From Neoechinorhynchus agilis (taxonomy: Eukaryota > Animalia > Acanthocephala), in contig JBMGUZ010000031.1 in NCBI GenBank assembly GCA_051530055.1, positions 1 to 31,127 of the forward strand: a DNA stretch of 31,127 bases, in the 5' to 3' direction. This document shows, one piece after another, positions 11,481-23,127 of the stretch; position 1 is the first letter of the stretch, and the number at the start of each line of letters is the position of its first letter. Both the position numbers and the translations under genes were made by a program. The notes beneath the pieces were generated by a model. The model made no database searches, was not told the DNA's origin, and saw nothing but the letters and a program-made list of their open reading frames with translations.

Positions 11481-12292
11481 GAAACACCGCTTTTGTACGT
11501 TTTAAACTGAGAAGTACAATAATCAAACGTGCGCGATTGAATGCGAACAGCGATTGAATGGACGACTATGCGATCCGAGTTTCACTGCAATTCGATCGTT
11601 TTGAACGAATGCGTGCAAATTTTGGTTCGCAAATTTGCGCTGACAATTGTTTGGATCATTTAAGACCCCCGGATCCTCCAGGCGGATCGAAGGTAGAAAT
11701 TTGTTAGATATAATTCCTAATTCCGGTTTTGATGGAGCTCTGGGTTCATCGCTTCCCGTAAACCAGGAAGGTGTGGTATCTCCGGTTTTGATGGAGATTT
11801 GGGAGCATCGTTGAAAAATAGGTATAATCTCCGACCAGTTAAAAAGGAGGACTATATTTTTGTCATTAAAAATGAAGATCTGTTCAAAAAAGAAATCGGA
11901 ATAAAAAATATCGCAAAAGAATTCGCCAAAGCTTATCCGAAAAATTCTAAGATTTTCAAAAGAATATTTCAATATTCCCATAAAATTGTCCTTTTTTCAG
12001 AAAACTATAAGAAGGATTTCCTGAAATACCTATTTACCATTCCCTACTCAGATTTCTCCAGGAAATGCAACATCTTGATGCTAAACGATAAAAAATATAT
12101 AAGAGATCAGTTGGGAATAATATTTTTAAAATACTTCTTTAAGCCAAATTGCCAAATGCAATGTTGGGACAGACATTGACGATGCATGTCGAAGGGACGG
12201 GTCGCCGATCGGATTACTTGGTTTTAACGTCACCTTCGCAGTATTCAAGAATGAGATGGATGATTTTATACTCATATCAATACAGAAAATGT

Positions 12293-12508
12293 GAAAATCG
12301 AAGGATACATGTTTTTTCCCGGATTTGGCGAAATTTATTAAATTATTTAAAGAGTCAATATTTCGACTAGCTTGTGAGTCTTCTTCAGGACGTTGCTGGT
12401 AAGTTTTCAAATATTCGAGTTCGAGCAACGTCCTGAAGAAGACTCACAAGCGAGTCGAAATATCGACCCTTTAAATAATTTAATAAATTTCGCCAAATCG
12501 GGGAAAAA
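12293..12508. mobile_element. 216-bp fold-back insertion carrying an inverted pair of hammerhead motifs, 12-bp TSD
   Basis: 85-bp inverted arms 12313-12397 and 12424-12508 (4 mismatches), flanked by t(a/g)cagaaaatgt at 12281-12292 and 12509-12520. Excision restores the first zinc knuckle of LINE-B. Confidence 0.88.
12430..12467 (+). ncRNA. Minimal type I hammerhead ribozyme, intact core
   Basis: GUC-CUGAAGA-A-GACUC-ACAAGC-GAGUC-GAAA-UA-UC-GAC: stem I GUC/GAC, perfect 5-bp stem II, predicted cleavage after C12464. A slightly mutated copy lies on the minus strand at ~12354-12391. Confidence 0.8.
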
Positions 12509-12852
12509 TGCAGAAAATGTCAGGGGCACACGGCATACAAATGCAGTAAAAATGCAGCTTGCACTCACTGCAGTGGGGAGCACCTGTTCAGTAATTGCAA
12601 AAAACAAGTGCTGTAGAAAATGTGTTAACTGCATTTTGAACCATATGGCATACGATACCAGATGCGAGGACGCAAAAAAGTATTTGAATTTTTTCATTAA
12701 CAGTGGCGAGAGTAGGATAATGGAGACAAGGGATCAGTAAAATATATTTCTCAAAATCCTCATCAAGAGCCAGATTTGAAGTCCATCAAATTTTGATTTG
12801 CTAAAGAAAATGAGGGCTTGAAAGAGGCGTTCAAAGTTTTTCAAAATATTAC

Positions 12853-12994
12853 GTTTTGTTGAAAAGATAATTCATTGTTATTTGTCGATAGGAGAGATAA
12901 ATGAAATTAAGATTTTATTTTCAGCAGAGATAGTGGATCGAAATATAAAATAAATTCTTAATTTCATTTATCTCTCCTATCGACAAATAAAAAA
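12853..12994. mobile_element. 142-bp fold-back insertion, 12-bp TSD
   Basis: 44-bp inverted arms 12878-12921 and 12947-12990 (1 mismatch), TSD tcaaaatattac at 12841-12852 and 12995-13006. Excision restores the frame KEAFKVFQNITKGLEAIRNENKEL. Confidence 0.88.
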
Positions 12995-15828
12995 TCAAAA
13001 TATTACAAAAGGGCTTGAAGCTATTAGAAATGAGAATAAGGAATTGAAAAGTTCCTTAAAAAGCTTAATTAAAACCTTAAAAAGGTTACAATGGGAGGGG
13101 GCGACGTTGAAGGTCGAGGAGGCATTAAAAAGAGCTTTGCCTATTCCCAGCCTGGAAGATACCAAACCCGATTCGGGACCGACCAAGAAGGTATATGCAA
13201 ACAGATAGTGTTCGTTTTTTACATGTAATATTGGGTAATCCAGGAACTTAGATAAATTAGATAATGATTTGTTTGGTGGGTTTTTACAAGAAACAGGGAC
13301 CTTCCATCATTTGGCTTACCTATTTATGAATGTTCTTTAACTAAGCCAATCTACCCATCAAATAGTAAAAACTACTCCGGTGGTTTACAATCATTTTTGA
13401 GAAAAGATATTCAACCGAAAATGATCCGTGAAATTCATACGAATGAGCACGTTATTCAGATAATATCATCCCTGAATCCTTTTCTAAATAAGGAAGCTTA
13501 TTGCGGGCCCCTTAAAATAATTTGGGTGAATTTCTACCGCAATCCAAAGTGTAACATTAGAAAATCATTAGAGGCCATGAAAGAGCTCTTAGAAGTATGG
13601 AAGCCTGATGTCATGACTGGTGACTTCAATAATAATTACTTGAATGCCTATAGAAGCTTATTCTCATCTAACTATACCACCATTATCTCTCAAGAACCCT
13701 CGTTCCACAATTGGTCGCGAGGATTTCCCTTTTTTTTATAGATGGATCAATAGTAAGTAAAGATTTAAATGCTTTATTCACTTTGGAAATCCAAATGAGA
13801 ATGAGCTGGCGTCTGGGTCATGATGCTTCGTTCTTCACAAGCACTGGCCGAGTCTCTTAAAAAGCGTATAAAATTAACACCAAATCTATTTTGTATTTTT
13901 AATAAAATTTTACTGGAACGAATTAAGCAATTGTTAGCTGTGCTGCTTAGGTTCAGAGTTGATCTTAAAACAAACTAGAAACGCAGGCTTTAGGCGTCAA
14001 GATCACAATTTGGGATTTCTTATTAAATTAGAAATTGAAGCCAGAGAAAGCGGACATCACTCAATTGCCCAAGTATTTAAAAAAATACTTCTCTTCTATT
14101 GGAAGGAGATTAAAAAAGAGAGAAAAAATCTATTGAAATGTGCAGTTTCTCTAAAAAATGGTGGAATATAATTTTAAATAAGAAATTTGTGGGCTGGAAG
14201 TCCAAAGCAAGTTCATGGATTGGGTGCTCTTCCTATCCTGAAGCAGTTAAATCGATTTGAAACTACCATATGGGTGAAATCAGACCCGAGCCATATTTAA
14301 GACCAATTAATTTCAACGATAACTTGGAGGAGAGTGATTATTTTCCGATTTTATAAAGGCCTCGTTGGTGGGTCACTCATGGGCTCATAATACGTTCTCG
14401 CCTCCATCGGCAATATTTAAACTAATAAGCGAAGAGGTTAAGTCTGTGATGATTTTGAAAATATTTTTTTATTTAAGAATTTATCAAATAATGGAGATTA
14501 ATAAAGTCAAACGTATTTTGATTCCCAAAAATAATTGCAAAAAGATCACGCAGGTCAAGGAACTGGGGCCCATTTCCATTGAAAGAGCGATAGCATGGAA
14601 GCTCTTAGATTTCGTTCAAGATAATCATTTAATTCCGCCTCCACAGTCTGATTGAACAATTAGTTGAGTTATCTAGAGAAAGACAACGATATGTCAACGC
14701 GTTGCTACAATTCGACATATCGAAAGCATTCGATGAAATTGATCGCTCTTTTATCTCTAAGACTTTAAGATTTTTGAAAGTGCCTAAAAAAACTTATCGA
14801 CTATACTTTGAGCTTGATAAGGATAAGAGAATTTTCTATCCTGTTCATGGAGTCACCTTTATCACCAATCTTGTTTGTGGTAGCTATGTCTTTTTTATTC
14901 AAAAACTACAAGCTGAAAAATGGATCTGAAATTTTTGTTGACGCGGACGATATTTCCTTTTTTTATCAGAGGTTTCTGAGAAATATCCCAGAGGCAATTA
15001 AAAGTTGCTTGCAGAAAATTGGAAAACTACTGGGGAAAGCTCATCTGGATACAAATCTCCAAAAATGTCTTATTATCCCTAACAACCGGACCAGAGCAAC
15101 TAATCTTAGAACTTCAACACTTTTATCTAATTTTAGAGAGTTGCCGAAGGTTTCGAAAAATAGCAAGTTATTAGGACTTAAGGTCCCGTTATTTGGATAC
15201 CCGATTTACGACTTGGGAAGGACTCGAAATATGTTTTATAAAGCTAAACTCATATTGAAAAGGGGGAGGCGTTTAAGTCTAAATGATAAAATGGTGATAA
15301 ATATAATTAAAACCCTTATTTTTGGTACAATTTGCTTTTTTTATGAGAGGCAGACCACCAGAACAACGACTTATGATGTTTTTTAAAATCTTCCCGATTG
15401 TTAAAAAGATCAAGTTCTTATTAGCGGAATCAATTTGTAGCTGTAAATATAAATTCGCAAAACTTGTTTGAAATTCACACAATCAAATGTGCCTGCAACT
15501 AATGAAAGCAAAGTTCTATTCAACTAATTTTAAAGAAATTATAATCCGAGACTCTCCTAAGAAAAACCTTGATCATTTTTTAGAATCATTTGTATTCCCC
15601 TTCACAAACGGTGAGTTACCTTAACAGATCCTGTTCAAAAATTAAATGTTTACAAAGATGGATTTTTTAAAACTTTGAACGATACCATTGACCAGGTACG
15701 CTGAGAAATGATTTTGTGCTGGTATTTCAAATTCAGTTTGGAAAGTTGTTTTTATTTTTACACGTTGAGATCTCCGTCTAGATAAGCGATTTTTTTACTA
15801 TCGACGATTTTTCTTTGCCGTTACTGTT

Positions 15829-16432
15829 TCAGTTGATCTTTTGGTTTGATTGATTCAATAGATCTTCGAACTCTTTTTTCGAAGCGACATTCGGTTGATA
15901 AAGATTATCGCTGGTCTTCGTCCCTAGAATCAATGAGTCGCAGGTATTGTTCGCTGGTTTTTTCAACAGTGAATCATGTAATTTAAGAGCTTGTTGCATT
16001 GCACTGCTGGGCATATTTTCGAGACGTTCATCAATCTCATTATTTACGTTATTTAATCGAAATTGTCGATCGTTTTTTACGTTCAATTCAGCCATCTTTG
16101 CTTTGTACTCGATCTCCTTAGGAATAACACGTCCTTCCGAATCCACGACATATTTTACTGTACGCCGAGACTCCGTGATTTTTAATCCATGTTTGAACGA
16201 GCTGATGCTTTGTTTTAAAATACTCATCGGCACATTTTTGCCGGTAAAGCTCTCAATTGTCTCTTTTATGAGAACATTACAAATGGGTCTACGGGCGGTC
16301 ACAGGACTATATTCTATGATTGATGCCAAAAGACTTTGTTTGAACGGTTTAGTCTAATGATTCAGAAAAAAGAAAGAGAAATACACCCATATGAATCAGT
16401 GGGTTAGGCCATTCCGGTTTTTCCGTGCCCAT
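15829..16432 (-). CDS. Second copy of the unknown arm protein
   Basis: Mirror of 6681-7284. It differs by two residues (LND vs VNN), and the putative splice sites are retained. Confidence 0.4.
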
Positions 16433-17284
16433 CTAAAGAAAACTAAGTCACAAACTCATTTTAAAGGTTGTTTTTTTTGCGGATTCGCTTTATGCCAAAA
16501 AATTAAGATTAATTTTTTCCATAGAATCTGGGACGGACCTCTTGTCGCGAGAGCTCACAGCTCTCTTCTTTCAGGTTCTCGCGATGGGGTCGTCCGAGCT
16601 AGACTGTTGGCAGTTTCAACACGAGAATCTGGGGCGTGGTTGGAGGCTGTTCCTCTGGCATCTGTGGGAACTCTTCTTACTGACGAGGTAACGAGGATCG
16701 CAGTATCCTTAAGACTCGGTCTCCCGATATGCACGCCCCATCGCTGTCGATGTGGGTCTTTGGTTGATGCTTTCGGGCGACACGGTCTCGTCTGCAGAAG
16801 GTCAGCAGGAAGGTTTTCACGCCATTCTGAAATCAATAACGTAATTTCTCGGGCGTTGAGAACGGCGAACTTCCCGAACATCCTGGAACCCGCCCACCTC
16901 TGCAGACTAGACGGCCGTAGGCCCGATGGAATTTCAGTCTTCCCGTGGCGGGAGGGCAAATGCCTTCTCTGGGACGCCACGTGTGTGGACACCCTCGCAG
17001 CCAGCAACATCCCCTACTCCCTCGAAATCGCCGGTGGTGCCGCCAGTGCAGCGGAAGGGAGGAAGGTACGAAAATATATGCAGCTATCGAGGGCTCACTA
17101 TTTTGTCCCCTTTGGGGTAGAGACGTATGGAGCGCTCGGCAGCTCGGCACTCTCTCTCCTCAAGGATCTCTCGAAGAAATTGAGAGAGGCAACCGGAGAC
17201 TCAAGAGCAGGCTTATTTCTTCGACAAAATATCTCGCTGGCAGTACAACGGGGCAATGCTGCCAGCGTGATGGCGACGGTCTAG
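16391..17284 (+). CDS. Chimeric 297-aa ORF: ~45 arm-derived codons fused in frame to the CRE RLE nuclease domain
   Basis: The ATG at 16391 lies in arm sequence, and CRE homology starts at ~16526 (IWDGPLV). No stop or frameshift in the nuclease part. Confidence 0.6.
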   Translation: MNQWVRPFRFFRAHLKKTKSQTHFKGCFFCGFALCQKIKINFFHRIWDGPLVARAHSSLLSGSRDGVVRARLLAVSTRESGAWLEAVPLASVGTLLTDEVTRIAVSLRLGLPICTPHRCRCGSLVDAFGRHGLVCRRSAGRFSRHSEINNVISRALRTANFPNILEPAHLCRLDGRRPDGISVFPWREGKCLLWDATCVDTLAASNIPYSLEIAGGAASAAEGRKVRKYMQLSRAHYFVPFGVETYGALGSSALSLLKDLSKKLREATGDSRAGLFLRQNISLAVQRGNAASVMATV

Positions 17285-17372
17285 GAAGGACAAAAGCTGG
17301 AATTTGGTGGGAGGTGGTGAATGTAAAGAAAAGTAAACTTCAAAAAATAAACAATAATGTTACAAAAAAAAC
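16526..17372 (+). mobile_element. Young 5'-truncated CRE-clade non-LTR retrotransposon (restriction-like endonuclease end)
   Basis: GC-rich block absent from the left arm. Contains the CCHC finger HRCRCG...HGLVC, RH, RRPDG, WDATCVDTLA, AEGRKVRKY and QRGNAAS, then a ~90-nt 3' UTR with an A-rich end. About 4 bp (ttta) are lost at the site and there is no TSD. Confidence 0.92.
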
Positions 17373-17739
17373 ACGCTTAATAAATGAAAAAAGCGTCGGA
17401 TCGATCACATAATAATTCAATAAAGTCCAAAATTATATTTAGCATTTTTTCGCGGATTCGCTTTATGCCAAAAAATAACAATTAATTTTTTCCATAGATT
17501 TAACGCTTAATAAATGAAAAAAGCGTCGGATCGATCACATAATAATTCAATAAAGTCCAAAATTATATTTAACATCATAGAGAACCTTTAAAAATCGATA
17601 TGATATTAAAAGCGAGAACTGTTTTGATGAAATCTAATGAGGCACATTTACCACAATTCAAACTAATTTATTAAATGCTATTTTACAGTCAAAAAAAGAT
17701 TATTAAAAGTTTCTGTTTTTTAGGCATTTCTTGTGCGTT

Positions 17740-18240
17740 TTCATGTTTATGGCGTAAAAATTAAAGAAATTTTGGTTGCGCCTTCGAAAACAATCATTTT
17801 TTAATAAATTAATTTAAATTTTTATTGATTATTTTAAAGCGACGAAAATGATTTTATTTTTAAAACCCGACTGATTTCAGAGGCACAATCTTATACGTCT
17901 TTTGTCAACGTTGTTTTAAAATCATTTTCTTCCCAATAAAACAACCACTTTTGTTATTAAACAAATCGATGATCAAATTGGAAAAGCCACGATGTCGACC
18001 TAATGAAATTGTTTGCTAACTGACAAGTTTTAACACTAAAAAAGACAAGTTTGCAAGTGAACAACCAATGAAACAAAAAAGAAAGTTCAGATGAAAGGGC
18101 GTACAAGATTGTGCCCCTGTAAATAATCTGCAGTTTAAAAATAAAATTATCATTTGATTTCTACGCCATAAAACAACCAATATAAACAATTCAATCTTCA
18201 AACGGTTTAATTTTTATGCCATAAACAATTTAATGTTCAA
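17740..18240. mobile_element. Penelope-type inverted 3'-end pair with degenerate HHR (left arm keeps only 6068-6413)
   Basis: Plus copy: cagatga-aa-gggcg-tacaagattg-tgccc-ctgtaaa at 18088-18123, then ...ctacgccataaaacaacc. Minus copy: cgtataagattgtgcctctgaaatc at ~17873-17897, then aaataaaatcatttt...tacgccataaac. Confidence 0.5.
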
Positions 18241-19070
18241 TCTATGTTTTAACAAAAAAATTGTTACATTATACCGAAAACAAATTTCAATTATTGGTCT
18301 TACAAACGTTTTTCCTTAAAAAATCAATTTTTTTATCCTTTGTAGTCACGATTGTTCTAAAAGAGATCCCGAAACTGGTGGCTGAGATGTGTATAATCGG
18401 AAATCCGAACTGCAAGAAACACTTTACCGAAGCGTTATTGCTATACTTCTCTTTTTGGCACCCTAACCCATTTGCTATACCGATTTCTCACATGTTTATT
18501 TCGTTGCTTCTAAGATTGTCTAAACAATATGTCTAATTTTTGTAGTATTTGAAAATCATCCATTGTGGACTTCAGAATAAAATGAAAACTAAAAGCGACC
18601 AGAAATTAGGCTATTGTGAAACGTTTTGGAAAAGAATAAATCTTTTGTTGGATCCGAGCTTAAGACCAAATTCTACGGGATGATAGAAATTCCTCCCCTA
18701 GGATCGGGAAGATATTGATTGCTACAACTTATAAAGAAAATTAGCAACCCTAAATTCATAATCTTTATTTATCTGCTTGAGTCAGACATCGATGACATTA
18801 ACGTATTTCACCAAATAAATCGATAAATGGCGGAGGCAAGGTTACCTCCTTCTAAATATCTGGGAGTATTTTCACCCAAATGATACTTTGACTAACCCGA
18901 AGGATTTTCTCTATCGATGAATTTTGAAATATTTTCATTTTCTCAATTGCTCAGGATGTTAGAAAACTTTCAAGAAATTCCTTAGGAAGTCGTAAGACAG
19001 CGAAAGCACACGGAAATTAAGATTTTCTTTTTGTCATTACAATAAATAAAACTTATTCAAAAGATCTCGA
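18240..19070 (+). mobile_element. Decayed Penelope-like 3' fragment within right arm
   Basis: Same motifs as the left copy. HHR-like cttagga-agtcgtaagacagc-gaaagc at 18981-19007 closely resembles the motif at 27024-27050. Confidence 0.45.
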
Positions 19071-19639
19071 GAGGAGGACGGCAAAAAATTTGACATTATT
19101 TTTAAGCGTCAATTGAACGCCAATTCGATGGCATGCAACCTTCTTTTTTTAGAATTTATCTCAGTTTTGTTTCACTAAAAAAGAAAAAGTTTTTGATTGC
19201 ATATTGATGTAGGTTTTCAGTGACTACGATATGAAAAATTGGTGATCGCCAGAATCTATGAATGTTTTTTTGTGCGAAATTCCTCCATGTTTTTGTATTA
19301 TGCCGATAATAATGAAAAAAATCCCACAAACGGCATACAGCGTATTTTTAGGTCGCTTCTGTGTTTTATGGTGAAAGCGTTGCTTAGACCCAGCGAATCA
19401 TGTCCACTATTTAGACTACGAGTATAAAAGCATTAAACAAAATGTCTTTTATTGCCACCGTTGGTAATAGTCGAACTGATTTTAAGACAAAAGACAAAGT
19501 GTTTTAAACTAAAGCATTTCTTCTTTATTTTGAATGTTTCAATAGACGCTTTTTGTTTAAACACAAAATCAAACAATTTGTTAGTAGTTTTTGTTTTTAG
19601 TTAATTCTATACAGAGGATTTGTCGATGTTTACTGTGAG

Positions 19640-22600
19640 TTTTCAAATGAAGATTCGGACAAATTTCAATTTTTCAACGCCAGAAATTAGCAATACGATA
19701 AAAAAGATTCGCATATTAATCAGTTTTTATTGTGCACCAAAGTTGAACTTTGTTAACTATACGAAACAAAATCTGATTTTTTGAAAGAAAACACAAAAAA
19801 CTTTGTATTTCCCGTTGTTCATTAGAGATCGGAATTAACATTTTTGTAAAAGATTTCCACGAATGGAATAAAGCGATCGATTCAGTTAGTCTTAATCTAA
19901 GATTTCTATTCAAGATTAAGATAAATTTCAATTTTCTGTCAGCGCTATCGCATTTTAATAATTTTTTTAATTTAATTACCAAAATTGAACTTTGTTAACT
20001 TTACGAAACTGAATCTGATTTTTTGAAAGAAAACATAAAAAACTTTGTATTTCCCGTTGTTCATTAGAGATCGGAATTAACATTTTTGTAAAAGATTTCC
20101 ACGAATCAAATCAAGCGATCGATTCACAAAGTTCAAGATTAGGACAAATTTTAATTTCCTGAGAGCGCTATCGCATATTAATCATTTTTTTAATTAAATT
20201 ACCAAAAGTGAACTATGTTAACTTTACGAAACTGAATCTGATTTTTTGAAAGAAAACACAAGAAACTCTGAATTTCCCGTTGTTCATTAGAGATCGGAAT
20301 TAACATTTTTGTAAAAGATTTTCACGAATGGAATAAAGCGATCGATTCAAAGAGTCTTAATCTCCGATTTCTATTCAAGATAACAACAAATTTCAATTTT
20401 TTTTCTGTCAGCGTTATTGCATATTAATCATTTAATTAAATTACCAAAATTGAACTTTGTTAATTTTACGAAACTGAATCTGATTTTTTGAAAGAATATT
20501 TTTGGAAAAGATTTCCACGAATGGAATAAAGCGATCGATTCAAAGAGTCTTAATCTCCGATTTCTATTCAAGATTACGACAAATTTTAATTTCCTGTCAG
20601 CGCTATCGCATATTAATCATTTTTTTAATTAAATTACCAAAGTTGCGCTTTGTTAACTTTACGAAACTGAATCAGATTTTTTGAAAGAAAACACAAAAAC
20701 TCTGTATTTCCCGTTGTTCATTAGAGATCGGAATTAACATTTTTGTAAAAGATTTCCACGAATCAAATCAAGCGATCGATTCAAAGAGTCTTAATCTCCG
20801 ATTTCTATTCAAGATTAAGATAAATTTCAATTTTCTGTCAGCGCTATCGCATTTTAATAATTTTTTTAATTTAATTACCAAAATTGAACTTTGTTAACTT
20901 TACGAAACTGAATCTGATTTTTTGAAAGAAAACATAAAAAACTTTGTATTTCCCGTTGTTCATTAGAGATCGGAATTAACATTTTTGTAAAAGATTTCCA
21001 CGAATCAAATCAAGCGATCGATTCACAAAGTTCAAGATTAGGACAAATTTTAATTTCCTGAGAGCGCTATCGCATATTAATCATTTTTTTAATTAAATTA
21101 CCAAAAGTGAACTTTGTTAACTTTACGAAACTGAATCTGATTTTTTGAAAGAAAACACAAAAACTCTGAATTTCCCGTTGTTCATTAGAGATCGGAATTA
21201 ACATTTTTGTAAAAGATTTCCACGAATGGAATAAAGCGATCGATTCAAAGAGTCTTAATCTCCGATTTCTATTCAAGATAACAACAAATTTCAATTTTTT
21301 TCTGTCAGCGTTATTGCATATTAATCATTTAATTAAATTACCAAAATTGAACTTTGTTAATTTTACGAAACTGAATCTGATTTTTTGAAAGAAAACACAA
21401 AAACTCTGTATTTCCCGTTGTTCATTAGAGATCGGAATTAATATTTTTGTAAAAGATTTCCACGAATGGAATAAAGCGATCGATTCAAAGAGTCTTAATC
21501 TCCGATTTCTATTCAAGATTACGACAAATTTTAATTTCCTGTCAGCGCTATCGCATATTAATCATTTTTTTAATTAAATTACCAAAATTGAACTTTGTTA
21601 ACTTTACGAAACTGAATCTGATTTTTTGAAAGAAAACACAAAAACTCTGTATTTCCCGTTGTTCATTAGAGATCGGAATTAACATTTTTGTAAAAGATTT
21701 CCACGAATCAAATCAAGCGATCGATTCACAGAGTCTTAATCTTCGATTTCTATTCAAGATTAGGACAAATTTTAATTTCCTGCCAGCGCTATCGCATATT
21801 AATCATTTCTTAATTAAATTACCAAAATTGAACTTTGTTAATTTTACGAAACTGAATCTGATTTTTTGAAAGAAAACACAAAAAACTCTGTATTTCCCGT
21901 TGTTCATTAGAGATCGGAATTAACATTTTTGTAAAAGATTTCCACGAATGGAATCAAGCGATCGATTCACAGTCTTAATCTTCGATTTCTATTCAAGATT
22001 AGGACAAATTTTAATTTCCTGCCAGCGCTATCGCATATTAATCATTTCTTAATTAAATTACCAAAATTGAACTTTGTTAATTTTACGAAACTGAATCTGA
22101 TTTTTTGAAAGAAAACACAAAAACTCTGTATTTCCCGTTGTTCATTAGAGATCGGAATTAATATTTTTGGAAAAGATTTCCACGAATGGAATAAAGCGAT
22201 CGATTCAAAGTCTTAATCTCCGATTTCTATTCAAGATTACGACAAATTTTAATTTCCTGTCAGCGCTATCGCATATTAATCATTTTTTTAATTAAATTAC
22301 CAAAGTTGCGCTTTGTTAACTTTACGAAACTGAATCTGATTTTTTGAAAGAAAACACAAAAACTCTGTATTTCCCGTTGTTCATTAGAGATCGGAATTAA
22401 CATTTTTGTAAAAGATTTCCACGAATCAAATCAAGCGATCGATTCAAAGAGTCTTAATCTCCGATTTCTATTCAAGATTAAGATAAATTTCAATTTTCTG
22501 TCAGCGCTATCGCATTTTAATAATTTTTTTAATTTAATTACCAAAATTGAACTTTGTTAATTTTACGAAACTGAATCTGATTTTTTGAAAGAAAACACAA

Positions 22601-23127
22601 AAACTCTGTATTTCCCGTTGTTCATTAGAGATCGGAATTAATATTTTTGTAAAAGATTTCCACGAATGGAATCAAGCGATCGATTCACAGAGTCTTAATC
22701 TTCGATTTCTATTCAAGATTAGGACAAATTTTAATTTCCTGCCAGCGCTATCGCATATTAATCATTTCTTAATTAAATTACCAAAATTGAACTTTGTTAA
22801 TTTTACGAAACTGAATCTGATTTTTTGAAAGAAAACACAAAAACTCTGTATTTCCCGTTGTTCATTAGAGATCGGAATTAATATTTTTGTAAAAGATTTC
22901 CACGAATGGAATAAAGCGATCGATTCACAGAGTCTTAATCTTCGATTTCTATTCAAGATTAGGACAAATTTTAATTTCCTGTCAGCGCTATCGCATATTA
23001 ATCATTTTTTAATTAAATTACCAAAATTGAACTTTGTTAATTTTACGAAACTGAATCTGATTTTTTGAAAGAAAACACAAAAACTCTGTATTTCCCGTTG
23101 TTCATTAGAGATCGGAATTAACATTTT
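19640..23127 (-). repeat. Same ~240-bp satellite, inverted, about 15 copies
   Basis: Reverse-complement monomers (tttcccgttgttcattagagatcggaattaa) at the same spacing. Confidence 0.99.

Larger units (their letters stand above)
7483..11560 (-). mobile_element. LINE-A: near full-length, frameshifted APE-type non-LTR retrotransposon (clade unresolved)
   Basis: Contains ORF1 with three CCHC knuckles, APE motifs ITYN...CFQET, IVGDFN and TFLDG, and RT motifs QLDINKAFD, GVPQGSPLSPTLF and YADDI. The 3' UTR has a stem-loop and a (TAA)5 tail at 7485-7499. Confidence 0.93.
11580..15630 (+). mobile_element. LINE-B: more decayed paralog of LINE-A, opposite orientation, lacking a 3' UTR and tail
   Basis: Contains PPDPPGG at 11666; RPVKKED, DFSRK and LGIIFLKYFFKPN matching LINE-A ORF1; knuckles CRKCQGHTAYKC, CTHCSGEHLFSNC and CVNCILNHMAYDTRC; TCN...LQETG; MTGDFN; WKSKASSWIG; QFDISKAFD; SPLSPILF; DADDI. 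Last stop is at ~15623. Confidence 0.9.

Noticed and set aside
12293-12994. The two hairpin inserts as classical MITEs
   Set aside because: The inverted repeats are not terminal (one-sided 20-25-nt tail), the sequences are unrelated to each other, and HHR content points to retro-origin.
16555-17412. Overlapping ORFs 16555-17010, 16833-17150, 16926-17120 and 16945-17412; also 23239-23541 and 29642-29911
   Set aside because: Alternate-frame or antisense shadows of GC-rich CRE coding sequence.
19965-19990. tttaattaccaaaattga resembling nematode SL1 leader, plus Sm-like aattttgg in the satellite
   Set aside because: Only a 10-nt AT-rich match, no GT donor after it, and the Sm-like site is on the opposite strand.
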